In this document: in pieces, positions 38,738 to 50,572 of the stretch
Layout: each line of letters starts with the position of its first letter
How positions within the stretch are numbered: position 1 is the first letter of the stretch
Source of the DNA: Lingula anatina
Taxonomy: Eukaryota > Animalia > Brachiopoda
Reading direction: 5' to 3'
Assembly (NCBI GenBank): GCA_051362555.1
Contig: CM120642.1
Location: forward strand, 13,702,001 to 13,766,000
DNA length: 64,000 nucleotides
Translations under genes and position numbers: made by a program
The notes under the pieces: generated by a model
Databases searched by the model: none
The model's input: the letters and a program-made list of their open reading frames with translations, nothing else
What the model was told of the DNA's origin: nothing

Positions 38738-39840
38738 TTGACTAAGAGAGATCAAGGAAATGTAGAAAATGCTCCTTGAAATGGATTATGATCGCATATT
38801 TGACACATTCATACATGTGGATTTCAGATTTTACATTGGTTTGAAGAAAATGTATCTACATCAACTTGTTTTCTTTTTATGCAAATAGTTTTTGTCATTT
38901 GACCTTGTCAATCACAGATTTTCATAGATTTTTCTTTGTATGGGAAGAAAATTCAGTTCATCGTTTTCTGTATTTTGTGTTATAAGAGATATAGTTTTTT
39001 ATTATTTTTCTTCATGTAAACAGTTGTATCAATTAACATTGCTCACTTGTTTTCAATTCCACATACATCAGACTACTAAATATTTCTCAAACAAATCCGC
39101 TAATCTTTCTTTAAAACTCAGTACTTAAACATGTGTCAACTGCTTCTTGTCCCTTTGTCAAATGTCATTCGAAATTGCACTAAACAGCAGCACACTTACT
39201 TTCAATCTATATCTCATTAAGATAAAGTAGTTTATGATTCCCCTCATCGTTAACACACGCCGAAGGACTATTTTATGATTTTCTTATTCCACACACTGCA
39301 GCGACAACCCATTAAATGTCATCTTGCAAATAGCATCCATTAGATGCCAACATCCAGACGCGTGCATGCGTCGTCAACTTCCGTTGGTGGAAATTCCGCG
39401 AGCGTACAGGATTCCCTGCAATATATCGCACACCGTGCACGGCTTCCAGGAAATCACTATGGTTCTGATAGAGATCGCGCAGCACAGATTTTGCTTCTTA
39501 CTTGTTGCATAAATGCCCAGGTTTGGCTGGATGAATAGACGTGACATTTACCTAAGGCAGCTATCATCTGCAAGAAGTCTTTGCGTGTGGGTTGGTTGGT
39601 TAGATTACCGGGGACCGAGACAGAAAATACCACTGTTGTTCTCCCAGGTCTACATTGATATCGTCCTTGTAGAAATAAGCGACAAATAATCACATACTGT
39701 AAGGAAACACATGTATTTAAAAATACAGTGACTGGTTACCTACTTTTTGGCATTAATGCGGGTATATAAAGCGACACGATGAGACAACGGCTCGCGGAAG
39801 ATTGTATTACTCTTACGGTCATTATTCTTTATTCCTGTAG

Positions 39841-40120
39841 GCAGCAGGCGAAAGCAGCAGCCAAGATCCGTTAAGGCAAACGGCGGTATGTTTGGCACAG
39901 CTGGGAGATCGGCAGCACGCAGACGATCTTCACTAGCTGGTTTAAACAACTACAGTCCGTCCCTGTTCACAAGACAACTTGGGAATGTCCCAGAGGGCGC
40001 AGACGCGGGCGTCGCGTACCGGTCTATGCAAAGAAGAAGAGCGGTCAACACATCGGATTTACGCACATGTGCCCTCGTTCAAACCAAACTCAAGACGCTC
40101 AAAAACTCCCCTTATCATGG
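39841..40120 (+). CDS. Exon B: internal coding exon (280 bp, phase 1 in, phase 2 out), basic and Arg-rich
   Basis: Acceptor ttattctttattcctgtag| ends at 39840. The frame is open throughout: (G)SRRKQQPRSVKANGGMFGTAGRSAARRRSSLAGL...MQRRRAVNTSDLRTCALVQTKLKTLKNSPYH(G). The donor TGG|GTAAGT is at 40121. GC is higher than in the flanks. Confidence 0.85.
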
Positions 40121-40177
40121 GTAAGTATAAGCAATTGCTTTTGAATTGGTTGACAGTCATTTATATGTATATTAATA

Positions 40178-40391
40178 AGATTACACCACAGTAACGAAGA
40201 TAAAAAGGGAAAATATTTTTTTCGTGTGTCTGGATCTTGAAACCCTGTTTTTCAAATCAAAACGGTTGATTTTAGTCATGTAAACACTGTCAAATGTCTC
40301 CTGTGACATACAGTAACCCTACGTGTGGGTTGATATGATACTTCTAGTATTAAGATTACAGTAACAAAGATAAAAAGGGAAAGTATTTTTT

Positions 40392-40422
<31 letters not shown>

Positions 40423-40540
40423 GATCTTGAAACCATTTGTTTTTTAAAGCACCTTGCTTGATTCTTGTCATGTAAACACTGTGTAATGCATCCCGTGACA
40501 TACAGTAAGCCTACATGTAGGTTGATATATATGACACTTC
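40178..40540. repeat. Tandem duplication of a ~170-190 bp unit; the second copy carries (GT)14
   Basis: ACAGTAAC.AAGATAAAAAGGGAAA.TATTTTTT.CGTGTGT...GGATCTTGAAACC...GTCATGTAAACACTGT...GTGACATACAGTAA.CCTAC.TGT.GGTTGATAT at ~40178-40345 and ~40351-40540. Confidence 0.9.
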
Positions 40541-41692
40541 GCGTCTTTTCTGCCCTTAAGTCAGAAAAAAGGGCTCACCTACACTTTCATAAAGGCGGTC
40601 AATACATCAACCTAGATTAAGACCCGACCAAGGCAACATATACCTTCTGAGTGCCATAGAATACATGTAGAACCTGAAATTTTTTTTTTAGTAAAAATAA
40701 ATAGTGCTTGCTATTTCAAAGGAAATATCTTTACACGTTTTGCATTTTGCTAAAAAAAAATCCCTAAAAAGGTAAAATGTATGTTCATTATTTGCAGCCA
40801 CAGAAAAAAATTAAGAAAGTCATGGACTCCTGATTTTGGGGGAGTATTTGTGTAATATTTTAGCAAGGTTACCATGCATTTGTTCAAATCTAACAAAATA
40901 AGAAGAACATAAATATTAAATTGATCGAAAATGCATGTTTGAAGTTGAAAAGTACACACACAGAATGAAGTATCCAGGTAGTAGACTGTGACTGACTAAA
41001 CGAACACAATCCCGATCATATTGCATTGACTTACAGGGAAACAAAGGGAGCCATGCGGCAATCTATTTTTCATCTTTTTCAGCGTTTCAGTTGTTGATGA
41101 ATTACTACCAAACAGGTTACACAAAGAAGCAATTATGGAAAGAATCTCGGTTAAAACATTATAGCTTCTCGCTTGTTACAGATGCCGGTGTTCTGAAATG
41201 TATTATGGTGGCCTATTTACACCGTAATTGTTTGCATTAGTAGGCTTTGTATTTCTTTTTATACTTTCCGTAAATGGTCAAATCTTATCAAATGTCCATG
41301 TTGCCGTTAGTGAAACTCGTTTTTCGCTATAAAACCCGGTGTAGTATAGTGAATTTCAAGCCGAAGAGTGCGAATTGTTTGCATGAAATGGATTAGAACC
41401 CATTTCAGTGACCAATGCCAATTTTGAAAACTCAGATACATTAAGCTGAAAAAAAAGCCTCTAAAGGGGGTTGGAAGTTGAAGTGATCTTATCCAGTAAA
41501 ACCTTCATACGCCCCGAAAAGTAGGCAATTATCACAACGTTGCAAAATAGGTGACAAAGGTCCATCATACGCGTGTTTAGAGAGATGTTGATATTTGTCA
41601 CGTGATTTGAAAAAACTAAAAAAAGCATTCTGAGAGCGAAGACATCGGCCAAGACAAATAATTCACTAGCAATTAACCTTTATTTAATAAAT

Positions 41693-41835
41693 GGATCATC
41701 CCTAAAATGTAATCTCATTTAAGTTACACCTTTTGTGACCTATCCTTTTCATTAAAACCCATCTGTAACTTTTTGAGTCAGACTGGTAAGGAACAGACGG
41801 AGGTGAAAACATAACCTCCTTGATGGAGGTAATAA
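41693..41835 (-). mobile_element. Short Helentron/HINE-like non-autonomous element fragment (copy 2)
   Basis: Terminal hairpin ACCTCC-TTGAT-GGAGGT (41814-41830) followed by AATAA and preceded by ACAGACGGAGGTGAAAACAT. Homologous to 36634-36783 in inverted orientation. Confidence 0.7.
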
Positions 41836-41862
41836 CAGTCCGCGTTAAACCATGTGCTGTAA

Positions 41863-42077
41863 AACCCCCCATTACACTGGACGGCGTCCTTTCTGCGTCC
41901 GTACTACGGCCCTATTTGGGAATAAAAAAATACTTTACGTGCCGACAACTGGCCAAAATTGAGCATTCATTTTGCAACCAAAACTATGCTTGTGCCTCCT
42001 TTACACAACCACAGCAATGCCAGTTTCATGGTCGAACAAAAGACGAAGAAAGAACGCCGTCCAGTGTAAAGGGGGTT
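41863..42077. mobile_element. PIF/Harbinger (Tourist-like) MITE
   Basis: Imperfect ~37-bp TIRs AACCCCCCATTACACTGGACGGCGTCCTTTCTGCGTC / GACGAAGAAAGAACGCCGTCCAGTGTAAAGGGGGTT, with TAA on both flanks (41860-41862, 42078-42080). Confidence 0.8.
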
Positions 42078-45000
42078 TAAGGAAAATGAAGATCTTGACT
42101 TTGCGAAAATAAACTACAAATGCATTACACCACGTAACATAATAAAAAAAGGAAATGTATATAATTCTCGTTTTTCCAATTTGTTTTCCTTTAAAGCATA
42201 GCATACATCATCCAGCTTGATCTCAAATGTCAATGATTACTTAGAAACCACGGCGCCCCTGAGAGACACGGGTATTTCAGATAAAAACGGCTGTTTTCTC
42301 GTTTACCGTCCTTTTTTCTTCGTCTGTTATTGCCCTAAATCACAAAATTGCTCATACCCAGACAGAGCGGTTGTGATTAACGCCGCACTGTTGCGACAAG
42401 AAAAGGGCAATTGTTGCCTTAGCCATGTGGCCGTAGTGAGGTAAAACTGCCTTAAGTGACATAAACTAAACCATTACCAGTCCCCATAAATGTCGTATAT
42501 CTGATCCATTAGGAAACATACTTCCCTTCTTTACCATGCCTTTATGAAAACCTCTTTCGTATTGCTCTGGTGCCTCTCACGGCCTGCGTTTAATATGTGA
42601 TCTTACGTGTCCCTAGTGTGTCCCTTTAAAGATTATCCGGGGTACAAGATTGGGTCATAAATCTTCCTCCATTTCGTGGAGAAGAAATTCTCACGGTGTT
42701 TTGTATGGCACGTGGACTAAACGGTGCGCCATTTTTTTTTTTTTTTTTTTTTTTTTTGAAGTTGGCGAGAGCGATGCGACATGATACTGCCTACATCTTT
42801 TCAATGAGATTGAAAATCGATTGAAAACGGATGGAGCGGCAATTCATTTGCTTCACACAGGTGTTGACAACCAACTGTAATAAAGACCGTATGCATGCTT
42901 GCTGAAATAATCATATTTTTCATGCATGACTCTAATGTAAAGGTTTAACCCGTCTTGAAACCGCTGCACTGTGAATAAAAGGATAACAGAGATGTGTGGT
43001 AATGGCTTTTGACATTTTTGTGCCTTGGTTCAAACAACAGACTTCCATTTGTAACATGCTTTGAATTGTAAGGCGCGTCAGCTACGGAAATATTTGATTT
43101 ATCGTTGTATACAATTCGGGCCAACTATAAAGACACTTCGAATCAGTTTGTTTCATTTTAAGATTTTGCGAATGCGATGCCATTCAATTCTTAACCATTT
43201 TCCTCATAATCAAATCAGCTCCAGTCAATTACAGAGGCACACCGTCTGTTGTAATAGCGCATCATAATTAAGGACAGCTGCGTATTCAACTTGCAAACTC
43301 ACACAGCCATGAAAGCTAAACCGAACCTCAAATCTTTTGTTGACGCTTGCAATGATTTGCTACTAGGATTTCATGTTTACTCATATTGCAATACATTTAT
43401 AGCTACATTGAGATGACATTGGCGTGAAATGCATGCATTTCAATATTTCCGAGTTAGTCAGTATTTTATTTATTTATCAGTTTTCATTTATTGGTGTTTT
43501 TCTGTAATTTGTCGTTGCGCGGCGAGAAATGCTCCGATTGCATAAGATCAAGAACTCGACTAATATAGTGTCACATTGTACCAGTAAAACAGCAAATGTA
43601 CAGGTACTTCATGCATTCTGCAAAAGGCAATTATCCTTAAGAAGGGGTAAAGGATTGTTACTCACGCCTCCTGCAACCGCTTAAGGTTTTAATTTGTCTA
43701 TATCTTTAAATTATATGGCGCGTTATGACGTTAATTAAAGACTCGTGGATCTTGAATGAAGCTTCGTTGGGAAGTTAGATTGGTGAAAAGATGGGCTACT
43801 TGGGCGGAAGAGTGAAAGACCTTAATTTGCTCTATAAAAATGTGCTCCAATAACTTGCCTTTTGTTATGTCTACGTGATTTACGTGTTGTTAAAATCGTG
43901 AATATTTAAACTAATAGTGTGATCCTTTGACATCAACAAGCTGTTCAGAAATCAAGCAAAACAAACCAAAAATAGTCTCAAAAGTGAGACGCATGAATAT
44001 ATGTGTGTGGGTGTGTGTCAGTCTGAATTCAAGTCCAGACAGATGTAATTTATCTGTATTGGATAATATGTGTGCATAGAAAAACAGTACCCCAGCCAGC
44101 CATAATACATTCCTTCTATTTCAAAACCTTATTTCAACCCTGAAGCAATGCTGACAAACTAATTAGAAAGCTAATAAAACGGAAAACACGGAGCTTGATG
44201 CTGCAGTTAGTGGTATTGTATTTCTATATTAATATTTCCAAAATGTTCAGGTTACAGTTTTTGGATAATCTCAAACAAACAGCAAGGTAATTATGTTGTA
44301 TGTTTTGCATAACTGGGTTTTATCTCGCTCAATCGAGATTTTAATTGGCATTTCGCCGGGGCAGATTATGTAGGTATACTAACCTGCTTGGATTTGAACT
44401 TTGACTGTGTTAAATATACATTAAATAGCACTAACAGATACAGAACAACAAAAAGTAGCAAATCACCACCGATTATCTGAGTTTGACCTTTAAATAAGCT
44501 GTCATATTGAGATCTAGGTTTTCAGATAGTGAACTATCCTTTCATGTTTTTTTTAGCTCTCCATAAATTAAAAAGTTTCCCAGATGCCAAGCTATGTTAG
44601 TTACTCCATATAAATCAAATAATGCTATTTCTTAGAAGGTGTTTTTCGTCATATGATTTTTTTCAACAGTTGAGATGAAGTCGAGATAAAGATGCGCCAA
44701 TTGTCTTTGAGTGTCCTTGGCTGAGTCTGTTTCTCCATCTTGACTATCACTCGTCGAGTTACCACATACCATCTCTTCTTTATTCTTCGTAAACGTTATT
44801 ATAATTAAGTGTGTTTTGAACTCACTTCTTTGCCTGGTCAATATATACGGAAGAGTTCATCCAAATTTCCTCAGATACTCCTTGGGTCTTCTTTAAATAT
44901 TTACACTACATTTACACTGGTACATCGCAGACACACTGGTGCCCTCTCCACTGCGATATACGCCCCAAAATTGCAGAGAAACTTTAAAATCTTCTATACT

Positions 45001-45724
45001 GGAATCATATACATTGCGTTCGCGTCTCCACCATTGTTGGCTCTTTGCTTGCCCCTGCTTTGACAGATGCAACGCAATCACTTGCCAATATGAAGCAGTT
45101 CAATCATTGCGGTAGTTGTGATCATTGCATCTGTAGTTTAAAGGTTAATTATCTACACTGGATTAAAAACAGGGGAAACAGGAAAAAAATATCAGTTACG
45201 CCCCCTTTTGTTGTCATGAAATATGATTATGGGATGTTTAACTGTAGACATTATGTATACACTGCGTAGAATAGTGAAATTATTAATTAAAGAAGCACAG
45301 ATACCTAATGTACTAGAATAGAAAGAATAATTGACACAAAATGATATTCTAACACCAAGGCAAATCATAAATAGCAAAGGCAAAGTCCGCCACTTAAAAC
45401 TGTAACGAGAGCATGTACTACAAAAAAATTGGCAAACTCTAACAAAGCTACTCTAAAAGTATTTAACCATAATGGGATGCCTACCCGGTAGATTTGGCAC
45501 ATGCACACTCATCCCCCCCCCCCCCCAAAAAAAAAAAAAAAAAACACCAGTGAACTCACATATAAAAGTGGTCAGCCTTTCAAAAATACGTCCTCTTGTC
45601 ATGTTCAAACATGACATACCGTATGTGAAGAGAAAGAGATCATTTACTGGTAATATCATTACGAAGATTAAATGTATCAAGATAAGTGGAATGGAGAGGT
45701 GGGAGATGGGAGGCGTGCCAAGTT

Positions 45725-45894
45725 CTAGTGTAATGAAACTGAGTGTCCGTGTAATAGAAAGTCCAATCTCCTTTTAGATATAATGGTTAGGGTTAGCCTG
45801 ACCTAAGTGGGTCAAAATGTAGGGCGAGACTTACCTGTATAAATGAATGGGAAGCGGACTGTATCTCGGGTGACTTTCTGCCACGTTACACAGG
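45725..45894 (+). mobile_element. MITE, CCGGTGTAA-ended family, more decayed copy
   Basis: Aligns along its length with 46451-46629 (GAAACTGAGTGTCCGTGTAA, TATAATGGTTAGGGTTA, CTGACCTAAGTGGGTCA, CTTACCTGTA.AAATGAATGGGAAGCGGACT). The termini are eroded. Confidence 0.8.
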
Positions 45895-46450
45895 GAGTGC
45901 AAACTTTTTTTTGTTATCTATTCTAAGTCACTGGCCGGGATTAGACAATATCTCTAAGTTGTTGAATGTAGGTGTTGACGAAGGGGTAATAGTCAAGTTT
46001 CATTTAAGTCAGGCGTTAAGTATTGACTTTTGCTAGAACATTGGTAAAATTACAGACGATGCCGTCCATTGCATAATGTATCGTATTTAACCTTTCCAGA
46101 TACATCGAATTGTCTAAAATTGTGTTGGAAGTTGTGACGTCAATGCGTGTAGGCTTACCTGTACAAGTTGTTCTCGTGACAGCTTTACGTTATATTATAG
46201 ACAATACATCCTGGATTTCAACATACTCGGTATTGATGAGATGTTTTGTTTTCATTTATGTTTTTGTAACCAAAGAGTAGTTTTTATTCAACATGGAAAT
46301 ATCTGAAAATGTCAGTTCCTATTCTTGACTGAAGTAAAGTAATTAAATAAACGGTAGAAACCAAGTAGGACTCCATATCCATTTACAATTACTGCAGCCA
46401 TTTTTGGTCCCAAACAATTTATTTGTAGAATGAAATAATTAACTTTCATC

Positions 46451-46629
46451 CCGGTGTAAGGAAACTGAGTGTCCGTGTAACAGAGAGTCCGCCCACCACA
46501 TAGTTATAATGGTTAGGGTTACCAGTAGTCTGACCTAAGTGGGTCACAATCTAGGGCGAGGCTTACCTGTACAAATGAATGGGAAGCGGACTCTCTATCA
46601 TGGGGGGACACTCTGTCACTTTACACCGG
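46451..46629 (+). mobile_element. MITE with CCGGTGTAA...TTACACCGG termini and an internal GGTTAGGGTTA
   Basis: The 9-bp perfect terminal inverted repeat extends imperfectly (GAGTGTCC/GGACACTC, AGAGAGTCCGC/GCGGACTCTCT). A second copy lies ~730 bp upstream. Confidence 0.85.
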
Positions 46630-46679
46630 TTTTTCGGTCTGTTCATTCAACAATTCATACCTTAAATAGATGAAATATA

Positions 46680-48334
46680 CAGGGTTGCTACTTAATATGG
46701 AATATTTTTTATCATTGTTATTTTTGAGTGCTGATTAAAATTTTTTTGGCTTGAGTCATTAAAAAAGTATGTCACTGAGTGATAATAACATCCAGTCTTC
46801 TGTTGTGAGATATTTTGTTCAATGATATTAAATCTGACATAAGATGCCATTCAAAAGAAAGGAACACCCCCAGAAAACCATATCAACAGTTTGATGTCAG
46901 TATAAACTTTGAGATAAGATATTAAAGAAAATGATAGCCTCCGGACAGTGATATGTTACACAGTCAAAGAACTCACTACAGTAAATCATGAAAAGTCAGT
47001 AATTGCGGGTATGACCTCCAGCAGCCGCTTGCAGCGCCCTCATCCTACATGGCATACCCTGTGACACGTTTTTTAGAGTTTGGCTGGGGATATCATTCCA
47101 CGCAGTGATATTTGCCTGTCGCAGTTCATCACTATTTCCCGGCCGAGGACCATAGCTATTAATTCTGTGAGTTACTTCCGCCCACAGATTTTCAATTGGG
47201 TTCATATCTGGAGAGTTTGCAGGCCAGGGCAGTTGCTGAACCCATTGGTTTTGAAGAAAAACAGTGATTCTGTGGCCTCGATGTGGGGTTGCGCAGTCGT
47301 CTTGGTACACAAAGTTGTTCCTGAAGATGACTCTTACCAATCGAAGCATTGTTTGCTGTAGAATGTTTCTGTAGGAATCCTGGATGAGGTTGCCTCCTAG
47401 AAAAACCAACTGGTTCTGGGCACCAACATGAAATGCTCCCCAAACAGAGACGTTACCATCCCCTGCTTGCACCCTAGGCAGTACACAATCATCGGTTTAT
47501 GTCCCTCGTACACGTCGGTGGACACGAATTCGACGATCAACCCTAAAAAATCCATATCTGGCCTCATCACTGAAAACGACGTGATTCCAGTGTTTTGGCT
47601 GCAAACGCACGTGGTCCCCAGCCCATTGCAGACGTCGCTGTATATGACCTCCTGTTAACAGTGGTTTCCCTACTGGCCTTTGTGCAAAATAACCGGCTTG
47701 CAGTAATCTCTTGTTCACGAGGGACCTTGAAACGGGCGTTTGAATGACATTCTGCCTCTCTTTTCTGAGGACACTGGTTGTCTTTGTACGACCAGCACGG
47801 CGTCCTCTAGGGAGAAGGCGATCCTGTCTTCTTGGTGTGATACGCGGACACCCTGGTCGAGGTATTGGAGTAGGTGCCCCTGTTGCAGCAATTCTTTGGA
47901 GGACTTCACAAACGGTTCCTTTATAAATGTTGAATTACCTGGCAATGGCTGTCCGTTTCTGGCCATTTTCTCTTAGAGCAAGAATCCCATAGTAAGCTGC
48001 GTTGCTTAGCTGTCGAACCATATCTTCACTAATGTACCTGCCAAGTTTCAGAGCGATCCCTTTGTTGCTTCTCTAAACACACTCCAAAGATTGACCACAC
48101 CCATGCGTTTTTATACAAGGGCAGAAATTGCCGAAAAGACCACCCCTCACATTTCTGACCACAGAACATGCAACTGCATGCATCAATTGTTTCGAGAGTT
48201 GTGTGGTAATTAGGTAACACACCTGGCTACACATGGAGTGACACCTCAGCTTTGGATTTAAAGTAGTTAGAGAGAAATTAAATATTTTGTAGAAAATTTA
48301 CTCGCCAAAAAATAATATTCCATATTAAGTGGTA
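46680..48334 (-). mobile_element. Tc1-family (DD34E) DNA transposon, near full length
   Basis: Left end TA|CAGGGTTGCTACTTAATATGGAATATT. The right end keeps the inverted core AATATTCCATATTAAGT (48314-48330) but the outer tip no longer matches. An internal transposase is present. Confidence 0.93.
46996..48021 (-). pseudogene. Tc1 transposase, 342 codons in one frame with two premature stops
   Basis: ATG at 48021 (MVRQLSNAAYYGILALRENGQKRTAIAR*FNI...), with an HTH region, PRPGCPRIT linker, WNHVVFSDEAR, VSVWGAF, YQDDCATPH and WPANSPDMNPIENLW. There are 34 residues between the second D and the E. TAA stops occur at 47935-47937 and 47497-47499. Confidence 0.95.
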
Positions 48335-50572
48335 CAGTTAGGGCCTAAACATTGAAAAATACAATCATAGCTGTTGCAGACATACGCCTATTAGAGTGAA
48401 GTTGCTGTCTTTTGACAATCCTTATCTAAATTGATAAAGAGTACCATTAGCAGTAACGCAATAAACAACATACAAGTGCATTTATACTTTCACGGCACCA
48501 GCAGACTGTAACTGAGGACAACTTGTACTAGTATACGTATCTCAGTCAATCACCACTGTTTCAAAAGCGGAGCCATAGTTACAAACGGTACAAAAGTTTA
48601 TGACATTTTTGTCAGTGAAAATGTCAGTAGTGTTTAATACAAATGCACCATTAACATGAAAATTTGATCCACAGTAACAATGAAATGTGTATATTTCTGG
48701 GGGCTTGAGATAAAATTAGAAATAAAAAGGTTTCGAACTATTTACTTATTGTGTACTGAAAAAAAGATGCGAGCCTATTTTCAACTTGGAGTAGAATTAC
48801 TGTATTCGACTCTCCCAAAGACAAAACAAGTATCATGTTTTGTCACCAACAGGAAATGACGATATGTTTTCAACCAAAAGTGTAGCCCACGATTGTGGCT
48901 GCGCACGTGCTTACATATGCTGTGGGGTGACAGATATAGAGGACACTGCGTCACAGAAAGCAAAGTCAGCTACAATTAGGGCTCAAAACCAATTCCTTTT
49001 AATACAATAAAATACTTAATAGTTTTCTTGAAACTATCAAATCACTATTTTTTCTGTTAAAGGAGAACAAGCGCATGATACATGTCACCAAACCACATTT
49101 TTTTTTTTTTTTTTTGGTTTCCCTTGACCTGGGCATTCACCTTGTGAAGATATAGGCAACATTTTGATTCTCTCTTGGGATTAACTTCATGCACGACTGC
49201 CTGCGTGTCGGAGGTAAATCAACTAAAGATTGTCACTAGTACTTTTAGTACATTGCTTAACAATACCCCCGTGGCCCATTGGAGCCATTGATTAGGGTTT
49301 TCTGATCAACATTGCTGCTGATAAACCGAAGCCTAAGATAAGGTTTTGAGTTCTTTATGGATTAGAGAAATAATTGATGAATTCCCTGGACCAATCTTAA
49401 ACTCTCCTAAGGGTCTGTACTACAGCGACGGGGTACGTGTATAACAAATCTCGTTATTGTAGTGTGTGTTTACGAGGTCCCAATTCTTTGCCTGGCTGAC
49501 TGTGTAGGCGGAATAAAATTCCGTGTTGTGTGGCACTCGGATGCCACGGGTAATCCAAGGCAACTGGCACTTTGGGACTGATCTTCTGAAGAAGAGCGAT
49601 GCTGATAAGGCAATGGTATTTCACGGGACACTCAAAGCAGCGAAAAAAGGACATTTTTTTGGTGAAACACGCCGATGTTATTCCCCTGGTGATGTCAAGA
49701 ATCAACTTGGATGATGACTCAATTTTCCATCATACACGATAAATTGACTCAATCAAAAAAAACGGAGAATTAGAAAATATACATTTTGAACGGTGTGTTA
49801 CTTCTAGGATTACGACAGTGCTGCTGGTAAATTAATTTCAAGCCAAGTAAGTGAAAACCTGGATGGCTTCCTCACATTGGACTTAGAGGAACTAAGAGGG
49901 CTTAATGAGGTACTGGTGTAAAAAAAGGGGGGAGCGCATTTGTAAATGAGCACGTTGGACGCAGCGAAACACCCATCAGAAACGCACTATGATACATTTA
50001 TTCTACGAACCAAGGAGGTTCGCTTTTCTTTTTATCATTGGCCACTACCAAGTCGTAAACTCTTTTCAAATATTACTCTCGTGTGTAAAAAATAATGTGG
50101 GGAAATATTGTAAGGCTTGTGTGGAAGCTGCATTGCACATATTCCAACACATCTAAGGTTTTGGTGTTAGAATAGGTTTACTAAAAACGTTATATGACGG
50201 ATACGGATATCTTCTCCCCATCTCAATTCGCGTGGTCGTGTTCACCGCTCACTGTGTGCAGTGTATGTAATATGCCACAGGATGTCTGTCGTATCGTATG
50301 TCGACTAAATCGTCTCCCACGCAAACCAGTTTGGTGCTGAAAGAAACTACATCGTAAGCTCACAATGGATAATGGACACAGCACATGTGCCTTTGAAAAC
50401 CTCGCTTTACCAAGCATTGGTGTCTCCTAATGGAATTTTGATAATCCTCATTATCTCTTGGAATTTATACTCCAACGTGGGCACTGAAACATTGCCAAAC
50501 TGTAAAGTGTTTTTTTTTAATGAAAGGACGATAGCTATCATTATTATATTTTATTATCACTAAAACTTAAAC

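Noticed and set aside
49523-49714. Protein-like 63-aa ORF upstream of exon C
   Set aside because: It ends in a stop with no in-frame donor and no recognised homology. At most a uORF.
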